Shown piece after piece: positions 1 to 13,745 of a stretch of DNA of 64,000 nucleotides; the stretch's first letter is position 1, and the number at the start of each line of letters is the position of its first letter. The notes under the pieces are model-generated. The model was not told the origin of the DNA. It did no database searches and saw only the letters and a program-made list of their open reading frames with translations. The translations under genes and the position numbers were made by a program. Source of the DNA: Octopus vulgaris (Eukaryota); NCBI GenBank assembly GCA_951406725.2, contig OX597815.1:139314001-139378000 (forward strand), read 5' to 3'.

Positions 1-720
1 TTTCCCGCATCTCTATCCCATTTGTGCAGCTGGTACTTGGTTGATATTTCCTGTTCCTGGATTTCAAACGCATATCTTTCAAAGTGGGTGGTAGTAATCC
101 GGCTATTGGTCCATGATAAACTGCTTTGTTGTTACTATTATCACGCAGCTTTCTATTAGGCTCATCCTTTCATCTGATGATATGCTGCGGTAGGGTCGTG
201 CGACTTCTTTGAGCATGTATTCTAGGTTATCAGATAAAGAGTATTGCTCAAGGAGTTACTTTCGAAGTTTTATGATGTTATCAGTCTCATGTATGCAAAC
301 TTGGTCAAGAGATGGACTTCGACGCTTGATTTTTTTAAGATATTGCCGAAGGAATATGATGCGACATTCAAAGGCATTTTGTATTGATGTTAAGCATCTG
401 CCGCCTTGTTTATGTTTTAGGTAGAGGCGACCTATGTCACTGCTTATGTGGAAATTATGTGTGCTTGTTAGTATTTTTCGAGTTTCACATCAATGGCTCG
501 AATCTCATCAAGCGTCCAATCAAGCAGCCTAAATGTTGGTATGAGTACTGGCACTGCAAACACATTGTGGGCCACTGTTTTATTGAATGCAGAGAGTTCT
601 GAGATCCAAATTTTCTTTATTCGGCTGTATTGTGCTTTAGTGACACTTATGTTATGTTACAGGTGGTATTGTAAGATATATTTTCATCCACCCCTAGATA
701 TTTGTAACATTTCTCGTCAG
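1..720 (-). mobile_element. Decayed R4/Dong-like (RLE-type) non-LTR retrotransposon fragment, family A
   Basis: Minus strand reads HFERYAFEIQEQEISTKY (about 33-86), the post-RT E-G-x-x-x-A-I-Q-E-Q motif of R4-type elements. Collinear with 31990-32545. Ends against (TATG)n. Confidence 0.7.
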
Positions 721-910
721 ATGTATGTACGTATGTGTGTATGTACGTACGTATGTATGTATGTATGTACGTATGTATGTACGTATGTATGTATGTACGT
801 ATGTATGTACGTATGTATGTACGTATGTATGTATGTATGTACGGATGTATGTATGTATGTATGTATGTATGTACGTATGTATGTATGTATGTACGTACGT
901 ACGTACGTAT
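721..910. repeat. (TATG/TACG)n microsatellite
   Basis: Direct reading; source of the MYVC/YIHT ORFs. Confidence 0.95.
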
Positions 911-1074
911 GGAGAATTTTCTAAACAATTCCATTATTACCATATCGGACCGATTTCAGGGTTAGTTCATAAGAACCCTCCTTACGTCAGTGATAAATGT
1001 GGCAAAGAAATAAATGAAATACTTACTCATACCCATGAAAGAAGCAAACACTAAGTATGTACGTACGTACGTAT

Positions 1075-1185
1075 GGCATTATTCAGTTTTATTTCTAGAT
1101 TTCTTGCCAATAGAGGAAAAGTCGGTTTCTATTCTAGATCCAAGGCTCCTTCACTGGAATTCCAACATCAACAACAGGGTGGTTT
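1075..1185 (-). mobile_element. 3' UTR fragment of R4-like family A
   Basis: Homologous to 27035-27140 (cattattcagtttt...ctagatccaaggct), which adjoins the coding 3' end of the same family. Confidence 0.55.
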
Positions 1186-2005
1186 TGTATGCATGTATGT
1201 ATATGTGCAGATTTTTGGTTTATCTTATGTACGTCTTCGCATGTATATATGTATGTATGCATGCATGTATGTATATTTGTAAATATGCATGTGAGACTGT
1301 CTAGTTTTTAAATGTTTCAAAGAACAAAGTTGCATCAGTAATTAGCATATTAATGTATTTTAAAACTGAGACATTAAACACACATCTTAAATCGATAGTG
1401 AGTTAACACAGGCAGCTACGGATGAATTTCATATCTTTGTGACTATATAAAGCTAAGGAGAGCTACTGAAGTACCATGTACGAATGAAAATAAAGGAGTT
1501 GGATATCAACTGCAGACAGTTAAATAATAGAATTGCGACAACAAAAGCGAAATATGAAAATCACTCCTAAGCTGTAGTTATTTATGTAGGAGCTATCTAA
1601 AGTATAAAGTATAAAATACAAATTGAACACACGAAAGGAAAAAAAAATCGATGAACATTTTACAAGGGCGCTGAAAGTTACTTCGATCAGGAAGTAGAAT
1701 GGTATTTAGCAACAATGGAATAGCTTTAATATTTTCACACGACTGTGATTATCCTTGGAGCAAAATAAGTTAGAAAGTTATGTAGTTCGTCACCCCGACT
1801 GAGCATAAAATAGTTTATGCCAATAATTCTTGACACATCATTATTGATGTCAGGTGAGTTCAGAGAGACGTTCAACTCCTACAGTTTCTGAGAGACACTC
1901 ACACATACACGCACACACAAATATATGAGTATATGTGTGTATACATATATGCATGTATCTATAAATATGTACATATATATATGCATGTACGTATTTACGT
2001 ATACG

Positions 2006-2046
<41 letters not shown>

Positions 2047-3799
2047 AGGTATATATACATGTATATAAGTATATATATATGTTAATATGTGTGTATGTAC
2101 ATATATATATATATGTATTCAAATAAGTATATATATATATATATGTATTTATATATATATGTCTATATATGCGCGCGTGTGTGTGCAATATGTATAATAT
2201 GAAAGAAGTGAGAGAAATAGATGAGTACATGCATATTTACATATACACCAACATGCCATACATACATTTACAATCATAAATACATAGAAAAGGAGAGAGA
2301 GAGAAAACGAGGGAGAGAGAGAGAAAACGAGGGAGAGAGAGAGAGAGATGAAGACAAATATAGATACATATATTCCTAAATTGCAAAGAATTTCCCATTT
2401 ACATTTCACATTACTACGGCTTCCTGCTAAAAAATCTCGCAAAGTTGTCAAGAGTAAACCTTATAAGTTTGCAATGTAATAATGTGTTAAATTGAGTGTA
2501 AATTTGACTAAAAATAAATATTTTGTGACTCAAGAAAGTCTAAAAATTATATTTTCATAAATATTCTATGTTCAAATATTTCCTAAAGAAACAAAACAGA
2601 AGCGTAGATTAAGTAATTTTAAGAGGTGATACGAAATTAATGTTTTTTAAGGAGTATCATTTGGAAACATGAAAGATTGCTATGTTTATATTTAAATAAA
2701 ATACCTCTAGTATTATTTTTTAGGTAGTTGTCCTCTCGCATAAAGTGAATCTTTAATTCAACTTCTTGCCAGACTTCAAAGGATATGTGGGAAGCAGCGG
2801 AGTGTCATAAACGACACAGGAAGACTAATGTAGATGGTTCTTTTATAATTTGAGATAAATTTTTCCTTTTATCACCTTGGAGTTTATAAAATTAATACCA
2901 GCCTTGAGTGTGGTTTATTCACTCCTATATATGCTTCCTGTAAATCATTGTTGTGCTGTGCCAATCAAGTAAATCAATATTTACCGTATCCCATCTTTTA
3001 CGACATAACATAGACACGCACCAATGAAAACTATCACAGGTTACATTCGATTGTACTATAAACTGCACTTTCGCTGAAATATATTGCTGTAACAGTAGAT
3101 TACTTGAAATTCTAGAAATCAGACCATTTAGAAGAAATAAGTTTGATCCAAATGCATGCTGAGAACTTCTAAGTGCCTGTGTCGAATGATACGTAAATTG
3201 GTTAATGCATTCTTTCAAAAGAATGGTGGTTCCAGCTATACATTATTATTCTCAGATCAAAGAGTGGCCTATCTTACCGCTGTCAAAGTAATCAAAAAGT
3301 ATAAAACTTGAAATGCATACGTCAACTGAATTTGTTTCATCTGAACAGCATATTCAAGGTAATAACTATATGGCTATTTCATTTCTATGTATGCTTAACA
3401 GTTGAAGCACACTTTCCAGAATAAATTATTCGGTGCCATTATATAACGGTGATGATGAAAGGGCCAACATCCACTTTTCTTGTTTTATGTTTAGTTTGAG
3501 ACAAATGATTTTAGATCTAAATTGCATTTAAATTGCGTAATCTAACTCTTTAATCCTTATCGCGAAAATAAGTCAGTTGTATTATTTTATTTATGTACCT
3601 GCCTTGACACATACTGTATGACTAAAATATAATAGAAAACAGAAAAAAATCAAAGCGCTTGATACGTCTCTCTTTGACACCAATAGAAGTGGAATTCGGT
3701 CGAACATTAAATTAGTCTAAACCTCCTACTGACATAGACCCCTAACCCTACTATAGCTCTTCTGTATTCTAATCTCTCTTCCAGTATATCTAATCTACG

Positions 3800-3975
3800 A
3801 TGTTTTACTTGTTTCTGTCATTGGTTACGATCATGCTGGGGTACCTCCTTGAAGGATTTTTAGTCGAACGAATCAAAGCTGATACTTTTAGATCTGGTAC
3901 TTATACTATCAGTAACATAAACAAACCAGAACCGATTCTCAAGCGACCGAAGGGGATAAACACAAGTACACAGAC
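3800..3975 (-). mobile_element. SINE family A, degenerate 3' half
   Basis: ttttacttgtttctgtcattggttacgatcatgctgggg matches the SINE A tail at 8076-8150. Confidence 0.6.
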
Positions 3976-4039
3976 ACATACACATAGATAAATACATACA
4001 TACTTACATACATATATACATGTACATATACATATCAGG

Positions 4040-4475
4040 ACATCACATGGGAAAAGAAGACAGCTCACGGTGCAACCAGCTGTAGATGATCAGGCCAATT
4101 CGAGCTCGGAAGGTTCTGCTGCAGGCCGAACACTCGTGGCCTGCTGGGAATGAAGGCAAGTTTCTTCGTGTTCCTGCAATCCTGTTCTGTTCGTAGGAGG
4201 CGGCACCTTTTTGGTGCAGTTACACCAGGTAGGGCGGTCCTGTACATGCATTCCCAAGTGTCAGGTTAAATAGTTTCCAGATGAACTGTATGGGGGCATT
4301 GCTGAAAATCACCTAACAAAGCAATGCCCCAGACACGGAGATCCTCTCTCGAGCTGATCTGCCAAGCATTTACACTCTGCTGAGGTGAGCGCAGGTCAGG
4401 TTGGTAGGCCACCTTATTCGAATGCCTGACACACGACTACCCAAAGTCTGTTTTACAGTGAAATGGCAGAAGGTA
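4040..4475 (+). mobile_element. RTE (BovB-like) LINE RT C-terminal relic
   Basis: Broken frames read PDTEILSRADLPSIYTLLR...GHLIRMPDTRLPK...FYSEMAEG, typical of RTE post-RT sequence. Confidence 0.7.
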
Positions 4476-4951
4476 TATATACATAGGTAAATTATACATA
4501 TACATACATACATACATACATACCTATATATATATATATATATGATAACTCAAATATATAAGGTTAAAGAATTAAGATTAAGAAAATACGTATTCAAAAC
4601 AGTATCGAAACCTTATTTCAGGGCAAGTCCCAGGTTGTGTGTCCATGGAGCATGTTCACCACTTATTGCTTCCAGACATCATCAGCGATACTTAGCAGAC
4701 ATCGTTGTAATAATTCCAGGAATTCCAGGATGGACGTTAGGTATGTATTAAAGATAAAAAAGAAGACGTAATGTATCACCAAAAAAATTATATTACCACA
4801 ACAACTGTTTCATCTTCAAGATACACTGCTCCCTTGTGGGAGTGGAACGATGAAATAACACCAGATACAACGCATAGTGCATAGAGGACTCCTCATGTGG
4901 GACAATAAGGTTTTAAGCTGGGAGATTTACATTTGACTTTATATATCTATA

Positions 4952-5095
4952 CATGACGACTTTCAGTTTTTGTCAACCAAATCCACTAACAAGGTTTTCA
5001 TCTACCTGGGGCTATAGTCGAAAACACTTGCTTAAGGGCTGGATCTGGAACCAAGTGATTGGGAAACAAATTTCTTACCACACAGACAGTCCTGC
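4952..5095 (-). mobile_element. SINE family A, degenerate 5' half
   Basis: Similar to 8365-8520 (tttcagttt..ccaaatccact..ggctatagt). Confidence 0.6.
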
Positions 5096-5782
5096 ACCTA
5101 TATCTTATTTATTCAGTTATTTATTGTTTAGACCTTGTGCTTGCCCTCACAAATAATCCACTTCACTCCCTATTCCCATCCCTTACAATATTTTGTATAT
5201 ATCCTTGCTCTTCAAAAGTGGCGAAGTGTGAGCTAAATATTGACTGCTATTTCTCTAATGTCGATGGATCACTTAGAGAAACTAAGTAATCGGAATAGAT
5301 TTAGCAATTTTTAACATACTGCGTTGACACTTGCCGCTATTTTGATAGCAGCATAATTTCCAGTGATTCGAAAAACAGTGTCTGTTATCACAATGGCATA
5401 TACAATGTAAAGAAATAGACAAAACGAAAGTGCTGAGCGAACTTTTGTTAATCTTATGTATTCATCAGCATGACTTCGGCGCTGTGATTACAAAGAGTAC
5501 AGTTTAGGATTTAGAAGCTGGGGTTAAGAAGTTTCTCTTTCACCTGAGTAGATTAAACTGTCTACCGGTGATTTTATGGTCTATTTTTGTGACAACTAAC
5601 AATATAGTATAAAATAATTATTAAACAAGGATATATAATGGTCCAGAGCACTCAGCCGGAGTTTGAGAAGTTCAGCGTTCGATTATCTGTGGAGGCTTAC
5701 TAGCCACTTTTTTGTAATGGTGGTGCCCCAGCATGACCGCAGGTTTCGAGCTGAAACTAGTTAAAGAGTTAAATAATTATAG

Positions 5783-5919
5783 ACTGCGTGGTACCTTGGT
5801 CAATTGTCTTCTACTATAGCCTCGGGCCGACCAAAGCCTTGTGAGTGGATTTTGGTAGACGGAAACTGAAAGAAGCCCGTCGTATATATGTAAGTTTGGA
5901 TTTATATTCCCTCAAATAA

Positions 5920-5956
<37 letters not shown>

Positions 5957-6168
5957 GTACGTGATTATATATGTTTGTGTCTGTATATGTTTGTGTGTCT
6001 GTGTTTGTCCCCCCCCCCAACATCGCTTGACTACCGATTCTGGTGTGTTTACGTACCCGTAACTTAGCAGTTCGGCAAAAGAGACTGATAGAATGTCAAT
6101 TTGCTCGACTAGAGGCGGTGCTCCAGCATGGCCGCAGTCAGATGACTGAAACTAGTAAAAGAGTAAAG
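5783..6168 (+). mobile_element. SINE family A (5' truncated)
   Basis: ctgcgtggtaccttgg...gtagacggaaactgaaagaagcccgtcg-(TA)n-...ccagcatggccgcagtcagatgactgaaac. Confidence 0.85.
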
Positions 6169-6183
6169 AGGGCATAGATTTCC

Positions 6184-6650
6184 CTCCACGATTCTCCACT
6201 TGTGTGGTGTGCAATTAGTCTTCAGATCTCATACATGGCTAACCAATAGCTTTACTTTTATTAATGTGCTTCCTAAAACAGTAAACCACAAATACAGGAC
6301 GATTTTTAATAGACGCGCGTACAACTTCAACTCCAATATAAAGGATATATAATTCGCAAGTTACACCAAAAACTCACTCTCAGATAAAACTGTCGTGACT
6401 GTGAAGTTTGGCCGCTTGGTGGGGTGTGTTTGATAAACGCAGTAAGCTGAGGTTACAGCAGTGGTACAAGACAACGTTGTCTAGAAGAAAAATGACGTCG
6501 CTGTGTAAAGATAAGTTTAAAAGCCGTTATGCAAACCACCACTCTTCTTTCTGACACATTCATAAAATTAAAGCCACTAAGTTGGCTAGCCATGTATGAG
6601 ATCTGAAGACCAACTGCATATTATGTACAATCAAAGCGATAATCGTGGAG
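6184..6650. mobile_element. MITE-like element with terminal inverted repeats
   Basis: gtcttcagatctcatacatggcta (6218-6241) is the reverse complement of tagccatgtatgagatctgaagac (6587-6610); outer ctccacgatt / aatcgtggag also pair. Confidence 0.65.
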
Positions 6651-7847
6651 AACGGCTGAAAGAGATGCAAGTTATGCGTAGCTGAACGATCGCACATTCT
6701 TTGTAGTTCCAAGAATTTCCCCACATTGCTTAATTTTTTAGCAAATGCAAGCACATAGACATTTTTTTTATCAAACTGGAGGACACCTATCTCTCTGAAT
6801 TGAGTAGATATTTCACAGACCTTGGCCTCTTCTCTGTTATATCATTCCTCACCATTTAGATTGATTATGATTTCTACAGACAAATGTGACGAAGATGTTT
6901 GTTTTCTTGCTTTCCTTTCCTCTCGTTCCACTTTTTGCATCAACATTCTTCGCATTTTTATTCCAGTTATATATATGGAACAAACCAACGAACTATGAGA
7001 GATTTTTTGTAATAGATTCTATTCATAACACATCTAATACTCAGCTTATTGCATATTTTTTTAAACAGGAAATTTCTCCCGTGTGTGTATGTGTGTGCAT
7101 GTGCGCGCGTGTAGTTTGTGCGTGCACGTTTTACATTCTGAAATAGAAAATTCGTAAGACCAAGAGATCCATCTCCGCTTCATAATTGAATTTTTTCTGA
7201 AATGCATATCTTCAGTGTTCCAAAATATATATTTTATGATTTCATCTTATTTCATCAATCAGTCATTCACTTAGATAATTTTTCGCAAAGTGATTTCTAG
7301 TTTTGAAAATTTTCTAAGTTTTCTTCCAGTTCTGAATACTGATTTAATGATCCAATCACGTCTTCTGCCAAATTATTGAAAGATTTACGAACTACGATAT
7401 AAAGGTAAGTATAGCTGCATCTGAAAATAGAAAATTCATCAAATTTACATTGGTATTTCATTTTGCAATTACTTTTTCTTCTTATCACACTCTCTCTTTC
7501 TCTCTCTACTTCTGCTTTTCTCGTCCTATTCCTTTCTCTGTGGCTGTTTCTATGTTTCTCTCTCTCCTCCTCCCACATCTCTCTCTCTCTTTCTCAAACA
7601 CACACGCAGTGTCACTCGATTGTAGCTAACAAACATATTTTAGTAGATATTAATAAAAAGAAACTGTACCGAAGCATATATATATATACATATATACAAA
7701 TAGATATGTATGTGTGCGTTTGTGTGTGCGCGCGTTTCTGTGAGTTTGAGTGTATGTATGTATGTATGTATGTATGTATGTATGTATGCATGTATGTTTG
7801 TAAATGTATACCTATATATACATATGTGTGTGTATGTACACAAACTC

Positions 7848-7881
<34 letters not shown>

Positions 7882-8075
7882 CAAATAATGGTAGATTTTA
7901 AACTCTCTTGTTTCACTTTATATATGTACTTTGTGATCTACTGTAGAGTTCAACTAAATAAAATTCGGACAATAATACATGTTCTAACAATTTCCTTTCA
8001 GCTACATAGAAATACATATGCAAGGCTCTTTGCCGTGTAATTTAGTTTGAATCGCACTGTGTAAATGATAGCTCT

Positions 8076-8300
8076 CTTACTCTTTTACTCTTTTACTTGT
8101 TTCAGTCATTTGACTACGGCCATGCTGGAGTACCGCCTTTACTCGAGCAACTCGACCCCGAGACTTATTCTTTTTGTAAGCCCAGTACTTATTCCATCGG
8201 TCTCTTTTTACTGAACCGCTAAATAACGGGGACATAAACACACCAGCATCGGTTGTCAAGCAATGCAAGGGGGACAAACACAGACACACAAACACACACA

Positions 8301-8364
<64 letters not shown>

Positions 8365-8530
8365 TACGACGGGCTTCTTTCAGTTTCCGTCTACCAAATC
8401 CACTCACAAGGCTTTGGTCGGTCCGAGGCTATAGTAGAAGACACTTGCCAAAGGTGCCACGCAGTGAGACTGAACCCGGAACCATGTGGTTGGTAAACAA
8501 GCTACTTACCACACAGCCCACTCCTTCGCC
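8076..8530 (-). mobile_element. SINE family A, full length (tRNA-derived head, CORE-like segment, central (TA)n/(TG)n, LINE-derived tail)
   Basis: Head with A/B-box-like tggtaag / ggttcagtc; near-identical to 33861-34300. Confidence 0.9.
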
Positions 8531-8878
8531 TATAGCTGGCTATATTTTCATAAACTTAACCCAAATTTACGTTACACTTTATTATCTTAGCTATAAAGAT
8601 ATTGCATATATGTGTGCGTGTGTGTGTCGTTGCTATTATGTTAAGCTGTCATATGTTCAAATTTGGCCAAATGCATTTTTTTTCAATATTTATTTTTGCT
8701 TGCAATAGCCGGTTCTTTTGTTCAATCTATCATGTCTCCAGCTGCTTCAGATGCCAAAATATCGAAAACTGTCGAAGTATAGTACAACGGTTTTACTATG
8801 GAATCGTGAAACTAATTTTTTCGTTTTCTGAAAAAGCAACGTATTGGTCTCTTACAACACATTTGCATAATAGCAATG

Positions 8879-8909
<31 letters not shown>

Positions 8910-9049
8910 TGTATGTATGTATGTATGTATGTATGTATGTATGTATGTATGTATGTATGTATGTATGTATGTATGTATGTATGTATGATGTATGTATGTA
9001 TGTATGTATGTATGTATACAGAGAGGGAGATAGAGAGGAAGAAATAATA

Positions 9050-9935
9050 AACAGCATGCAGTTTAATGCTGGACAATTTCAAGCACTTCGCTCTCAACTT
9101 ACGGATGCACTACAGCCTACATTTACAAGACCCGATGGCACTACAATCTCCTATTCACAGGCAATGAAAGACTTGGTGAAAAGTATGTATAATGACACAT
9201 CATTTTATATGCACATTACCAAGATGGCAGCAAAGTGCAGACAACTGGCAGGATGGCTACTGAGGTCCTTCAAGACAAGAGAACAAGAAACTATGTTGAC
9301 CCCGTGTAGAACCTTTGTTCTCAGCCACCTGGACAACTGCTCGGCTATGGTTATCACATAGTATCAAACTAACAGCGGAGTTTGAAGCTGTCCAACGCTA
9401 CTGCTTTAAAAAGTTTGAAAGAGTGCAGCAGATGAGCTAGAAGGATTGGCTGAGAAATCTGCTTCTTTTCTCCCTGGAGCAGATATACAATAATCTACAT
9501 GTGGAAAACTCTAGAAAGGCTAGTACCTAATTTCAGCATTGAGTATAACACAAATGCCAGAACTGGCGGCCATTGTATTGTACCAAAGGTACCATCCACT
9601 CGATTTAAATTCAGGACCAGGTACTGCAGTAGTCTAAGGTTTAAAGGACCACAGCTCTTCAATACTCTGTCACAAAAATTAAGAAATCTGCATAAGGTGG
9701 AAGTAGGCGTCTTCAAAAAGGAACTAGATATCCTTCTTTCCACAATACCGGATGAACCAACTGCCTGACATGAGGTGCAAACTAGGGTAGCGGAAGCAAA
9801 CTCCCTTATACACCAAATGGCTCAACCGATGGGACAAAGGCACATACAGGAGTGGTGATGTGAAACACTCCAAACTGAGAAAATCAGCATGACCACAGCC
9901 GCATGGCTGAAACGATTAAAAGAATAAAAGACTAA
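9050..9935 (+). mobile_element. CR1/L2-group LINE 3' fragment
   Basis: RSFKTREQETMLT..FVLSHLDNCS and WKTLERLVPNF...FKKELDILLSTIPDEP, with stops and frameshifts; 3' tail cagcatgaccacagccgcatggctgaaac. Confidence 0.8.
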
Positions 9936-10164
9936 AAGAATAAGGTAGACAAATAGACGATAGATAGATAGGTTGGCTTGGACTGCCCATACCCATTCCA
10001 CTGCCAGCTGAAGACATCAGCATGTTCTCTCCACCAACTATGGTCCGATGTACAGACCTTGAATAGGAGCATCAGATCACACTGGTTTGATGATCCTACT
10101 CTGCTACACTTGTTCGACAGAGGGCTGCAGTTTGTTTTTACACTTATACTCATACCAACGGGTA

Positions 10165-10330
10165 GTTAAGTCGATTATATCTATCCCATTGATCAATCAG
10201 TACTTCTATTAAGGACTCGGAAAAGATGAAAAGCAAAGTCGGTCCCAGCAGAATTTGAACACAGAACGTAAAGGCGGCCATCAAACCGCTAAACATTTCG
10301 CCTGCAGGCTAACGATTTTGCCAACTGGCT
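10165..10330 (-). mobile_element. SINE family B monomer (tRNA head, Nin/Deu-like core)
   Basis: gatgaaaagcaaagtcggtcccagcagaatttgaac..gctaacgattttgcca matches 45780-45915. Confidence 0.7.
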
Positions 10331-10594
10331 GTAGTATGTGTGCGTGAGTGTGTGTTTTTGTGTGTGTATGTGTGATACTTACATACACGCATATTATGTT
10401 TGTACTTATATGTATGCACGTATGTATATGTATGTATGTATATGTATGTATGTATATGTATGTATGCGTATGTATGTATATGTATGTATGTATATGTATA
10501 TATATATGTATATATATATGAGTGAGCAGACAAAAGCAAAAAGGCCACTCAACACATTTGTTGGGAGTTACATATATGGACAAAAACAGTTTGG

Positions 10595-10651
<57 letters not shown>

Positions 10652-11551
10652 TGTTGACGGTCGGGAAAAAAGCAGTTAATCCAATAATAGTGATTAATAA
10701 TATTTTATTTCGAGTCTCTGGCTTGCTTCAGAGATTCAGCAGTAAGTACACAGATCTCCAAACAAGTTGTGAGTCGACAAAAATACAATAATAGCAATAC
10801 TTACAGCAACATTTTAACCGCTCTGATACACTTAATATCAGCTTGTAATAGCTTAATGTAAAACTATTCAAATGAAGCTAGGTTTAATTTAGCTTATATT
10901 ACGGCTTTTGCTTGATTAGGTATAAATTTCATTCCTTTAACAATGACAGATTTATTCATGTCATCCAATCTCCGTTGCATGAAACTAAAAATCAGGTTTT
11001 AGTGCAACCTCTTCAGAGATAAGTTTCTACGAGTTTTTTTTTTTTTTGTTTGTATGACATAAGAACCCATATTCTTGAAAAAGTATGTTCTTCATATCAG
11101 TTCCTACATTGCAATGGGTAATAGACCTTTGTCATGTGATTGATAGTATTTTGGGCCTTTTGATTATATTTTCAGGAAATTTAATTCTGATTTTTCTGAG
11201 GTCCAAACTGCTCCCCTGTACCACCACTTCCATTTCTCCATGTTTAGCTGTTCTTTGTAAAAAATTCCGTTGGTTCAATTTTGTTGTGTCACAGACGTAT
11301 TTGTCTTGTACAGGAAAATTAGTAGAATTTGCTTTCGTCATACTATGTTATTAAACTGCGAACCTTGTTTTCTTGCCGAACTCCTTATCCCAGTTTTAAT
11401 ATTTTGGTCTTATTAGCTTTTGAAATCATTTTATAACTTTTTGTTCAAATTCAAACTGACATATTCATAGAATCTGCCACCTTTCTTACAGTCGCAAATC
11501 TCAATTTCCCCTCTCAGAAACTTTCTCCAAATGATGTCAGCGGCCTGCCAC

Positions 11552-11605
11552 TGACGTCACTTGGAGATTGGCTCGATATCTTTTAGTAAACAATGTTTAT
11601 AAAAA
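11552..11605 (+). promoter_or_regulatory. Candidate Pol II promoter (CRE, CCAAT, Fox, TATA)
   Basis: TGACGTCA 11552-11559, ATTGG 11567-11571, GTAAACAA 11586-11593, TATAAAAA 11598-11605; donor AAG|GTAAGT at 11730. Confidence 0.35.
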
Positions 11606-13137
11606 GAACCTGTTTATCCGAGTTAAAACCCAAGAGCAAATACCTTTCATTATGATGCTCTCTTTATTGCCGCACACCTGAACGTTTCATACACGCACAC
11701 GCAACGTTCTAAAGAAAAAACTGTGCAAGGTAAGTTGAATAAAATATTAATGTGGCGAATCATTTAATTTAGAACAAGTTCTCTACTGTTGATTTAGACT
11801 GTATCATTTATGCTATGCACCATCAGTAGTATCCACAGAGGTACTACTTTGAAGATAAAATGTAAAATAAAACCAAGAGAAATTTTCTGAGTCTGATTAT
11901 CCATTGGGTATGAACGTTTGATAAAATATTATCATGGCATCTCCTCCATATGTAATACTATATATTATGTAATGTAAGGAATCTTTAGTGAAGTCGAAAT
12001 CTATTGCTCACTCTCACTACCACGAAGTTATTTTTGTACACAGTTAAATTTATACCTTGTTTATTTAGAAAGAAACATTTACCCTGAATCGGCGTCTCTT
12101 TTGGAGTAGGAAATAAGTAAAAAAAAAAAACCACATCTATCAATGCCATAAAATAAATTATTTTTTTAGATGAATATCTTTCGTTCTTTGACATTATCCA
12201 TTGACCTAAATATTCTTTGAAATCCAAATTTTGAAATTTAATACCTAAATGGAGTGTTGAGAACACACGTCAGAGAAAGTTAAAAGCTGTCTTGTCATTT
12301 CGCCGCTCTAATATGTAGTGTTGTTAATCAGCTGTAAATCTTTATTGAATTAGACGCTATAGAAGATATATTACTGCAGAAATTAAATCCTGTAAACATA
12401 AATGGTTTAGTCGGTCTGTTGTATCAGAATCATTTAAAAGTACCTAAACATTATTTCTTCTAATAATGAAGAAATTCTATTATAAACAATAGGCAAGCGA
12501 TGTAAATATCTGTTTCAAAGCTTGCCCAAACGTTAATCTAAACAGAACAATTGATTCTATTCAACATTTTACCAGCTGTCATGTCTATCATAAACATACT
12601 CAATCCTAATGTATTCTTTCTTCGTTCTTATAAATTCTTCTACAATGTTACATTTCTTGAAAAATATATTACCTGTAAGTGTTGCCTAAGTATTGAAACC
12701 TGCTTCCAAACAACTGATTTTCTCTCTCACAGACATATGTACTAACATATATACTACAATTTACCGAATAGGTAAGTGCTATTTGGAAGAATTGCCCATT
12801 TGGAAGAATTATCTACTTGAGATATAAACTCTTGCATCACGTCACACATATACGTGCTTACACAAACATAGTTACATATACGAATATACTTACCCTCCAA
12901 GAAAACGAAGCAGAAATCACGTGGTCACTTCACTTACAAGAAATAACAGTTAAACCTATCTAAAAACACGTTTTAGAACTTAAAAGAAGGAAAATGTGTT
13001 GGATAGTGTGGTTCCAGATGCAGTTTGTCTGAAAACCACATAAGCAGTGATGTTCAAGGGTGAGATATGTTTATCATAGGCTAGCAATATTAGAGTTAAC
13101 TCGGACTAAACAGCAAAATAGCTAATCTAGGGCAAAA

Positions 13138-13510
13138 ACTGTGTGCTTAAGAAACTAGTTTTGCGACTACATGGTTTCAGGTTCAGTCCCACTACGTGGT
13201 ACCTTGAGTAAGTGTCTTCTGCTGTAGTCCTGAGCTGACCAATCTTATGAATGAATTTGAATGCGCGAAGATACATGAAAGCACGTCATATTGGTATATG
13301 TTTGTGTTTGTGTACGCTCTCCACCGCTGGACAGTATGTGTTTGTTAATGTCCTCGTAACCTAGCAGTTCGGCAAAAGAACCAACAGAATAGATATTAGG
13401 TTTAAATGATAAGACCTTGAGTTGATTTGTTCGACTAAACCGTTGAAGTTGATACTCCACAATGACCGCAGTCAAAGGAGTGATTAAGTAAAAGAAAGAT
13501 AAAAGATAAA
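13138..13510 (+). mobile_element. SINE family A, old degenerate copy
   Basis: ggttcagtcccactacgtggtaccttgagtaagtgtcttct...cagttcggcaaaagaacc. Confidence 0.75.
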
Positions 13511-13554
13511 TCATTAAAAGAGTAAACCTTTTACACGAGACACTTACAAAACGG

Positions 13555-13745
13555 TACATTATTAAAAATGCGCATTATCAAAACAATCTACTATTGAAAC
13601 AATACACTATTGAATTAATACACTATTTAGACAATGTTTTATTAAAATAGTACGCCATTAAAACAGTACACCATTAAATCAGTACGCCATTTAAATAATG
13701 ACTTATTAAAATTGTGCTATTAAACTTGACTGCCATTAAAACAGT
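13555..13745. repeat. Degenerate ~16-bp minisatellite (cagtacgccattaaaa)
   Basis: Repeated cact/gccattaaaacagta units. Confidence 0.6.

Noticed and set aside
6120-6160. SINE/LINE tail hairpin + GAAAC as a hammerhead
   Set aside because: No CUGANGA-like box precedes the stem in any copy.
7138-7440. Minus-strand splice acceptors and a short ORF tail
   Set aside because: No matching upstream exon or recognisable protein; a conflicting donor lies on the plus strand.
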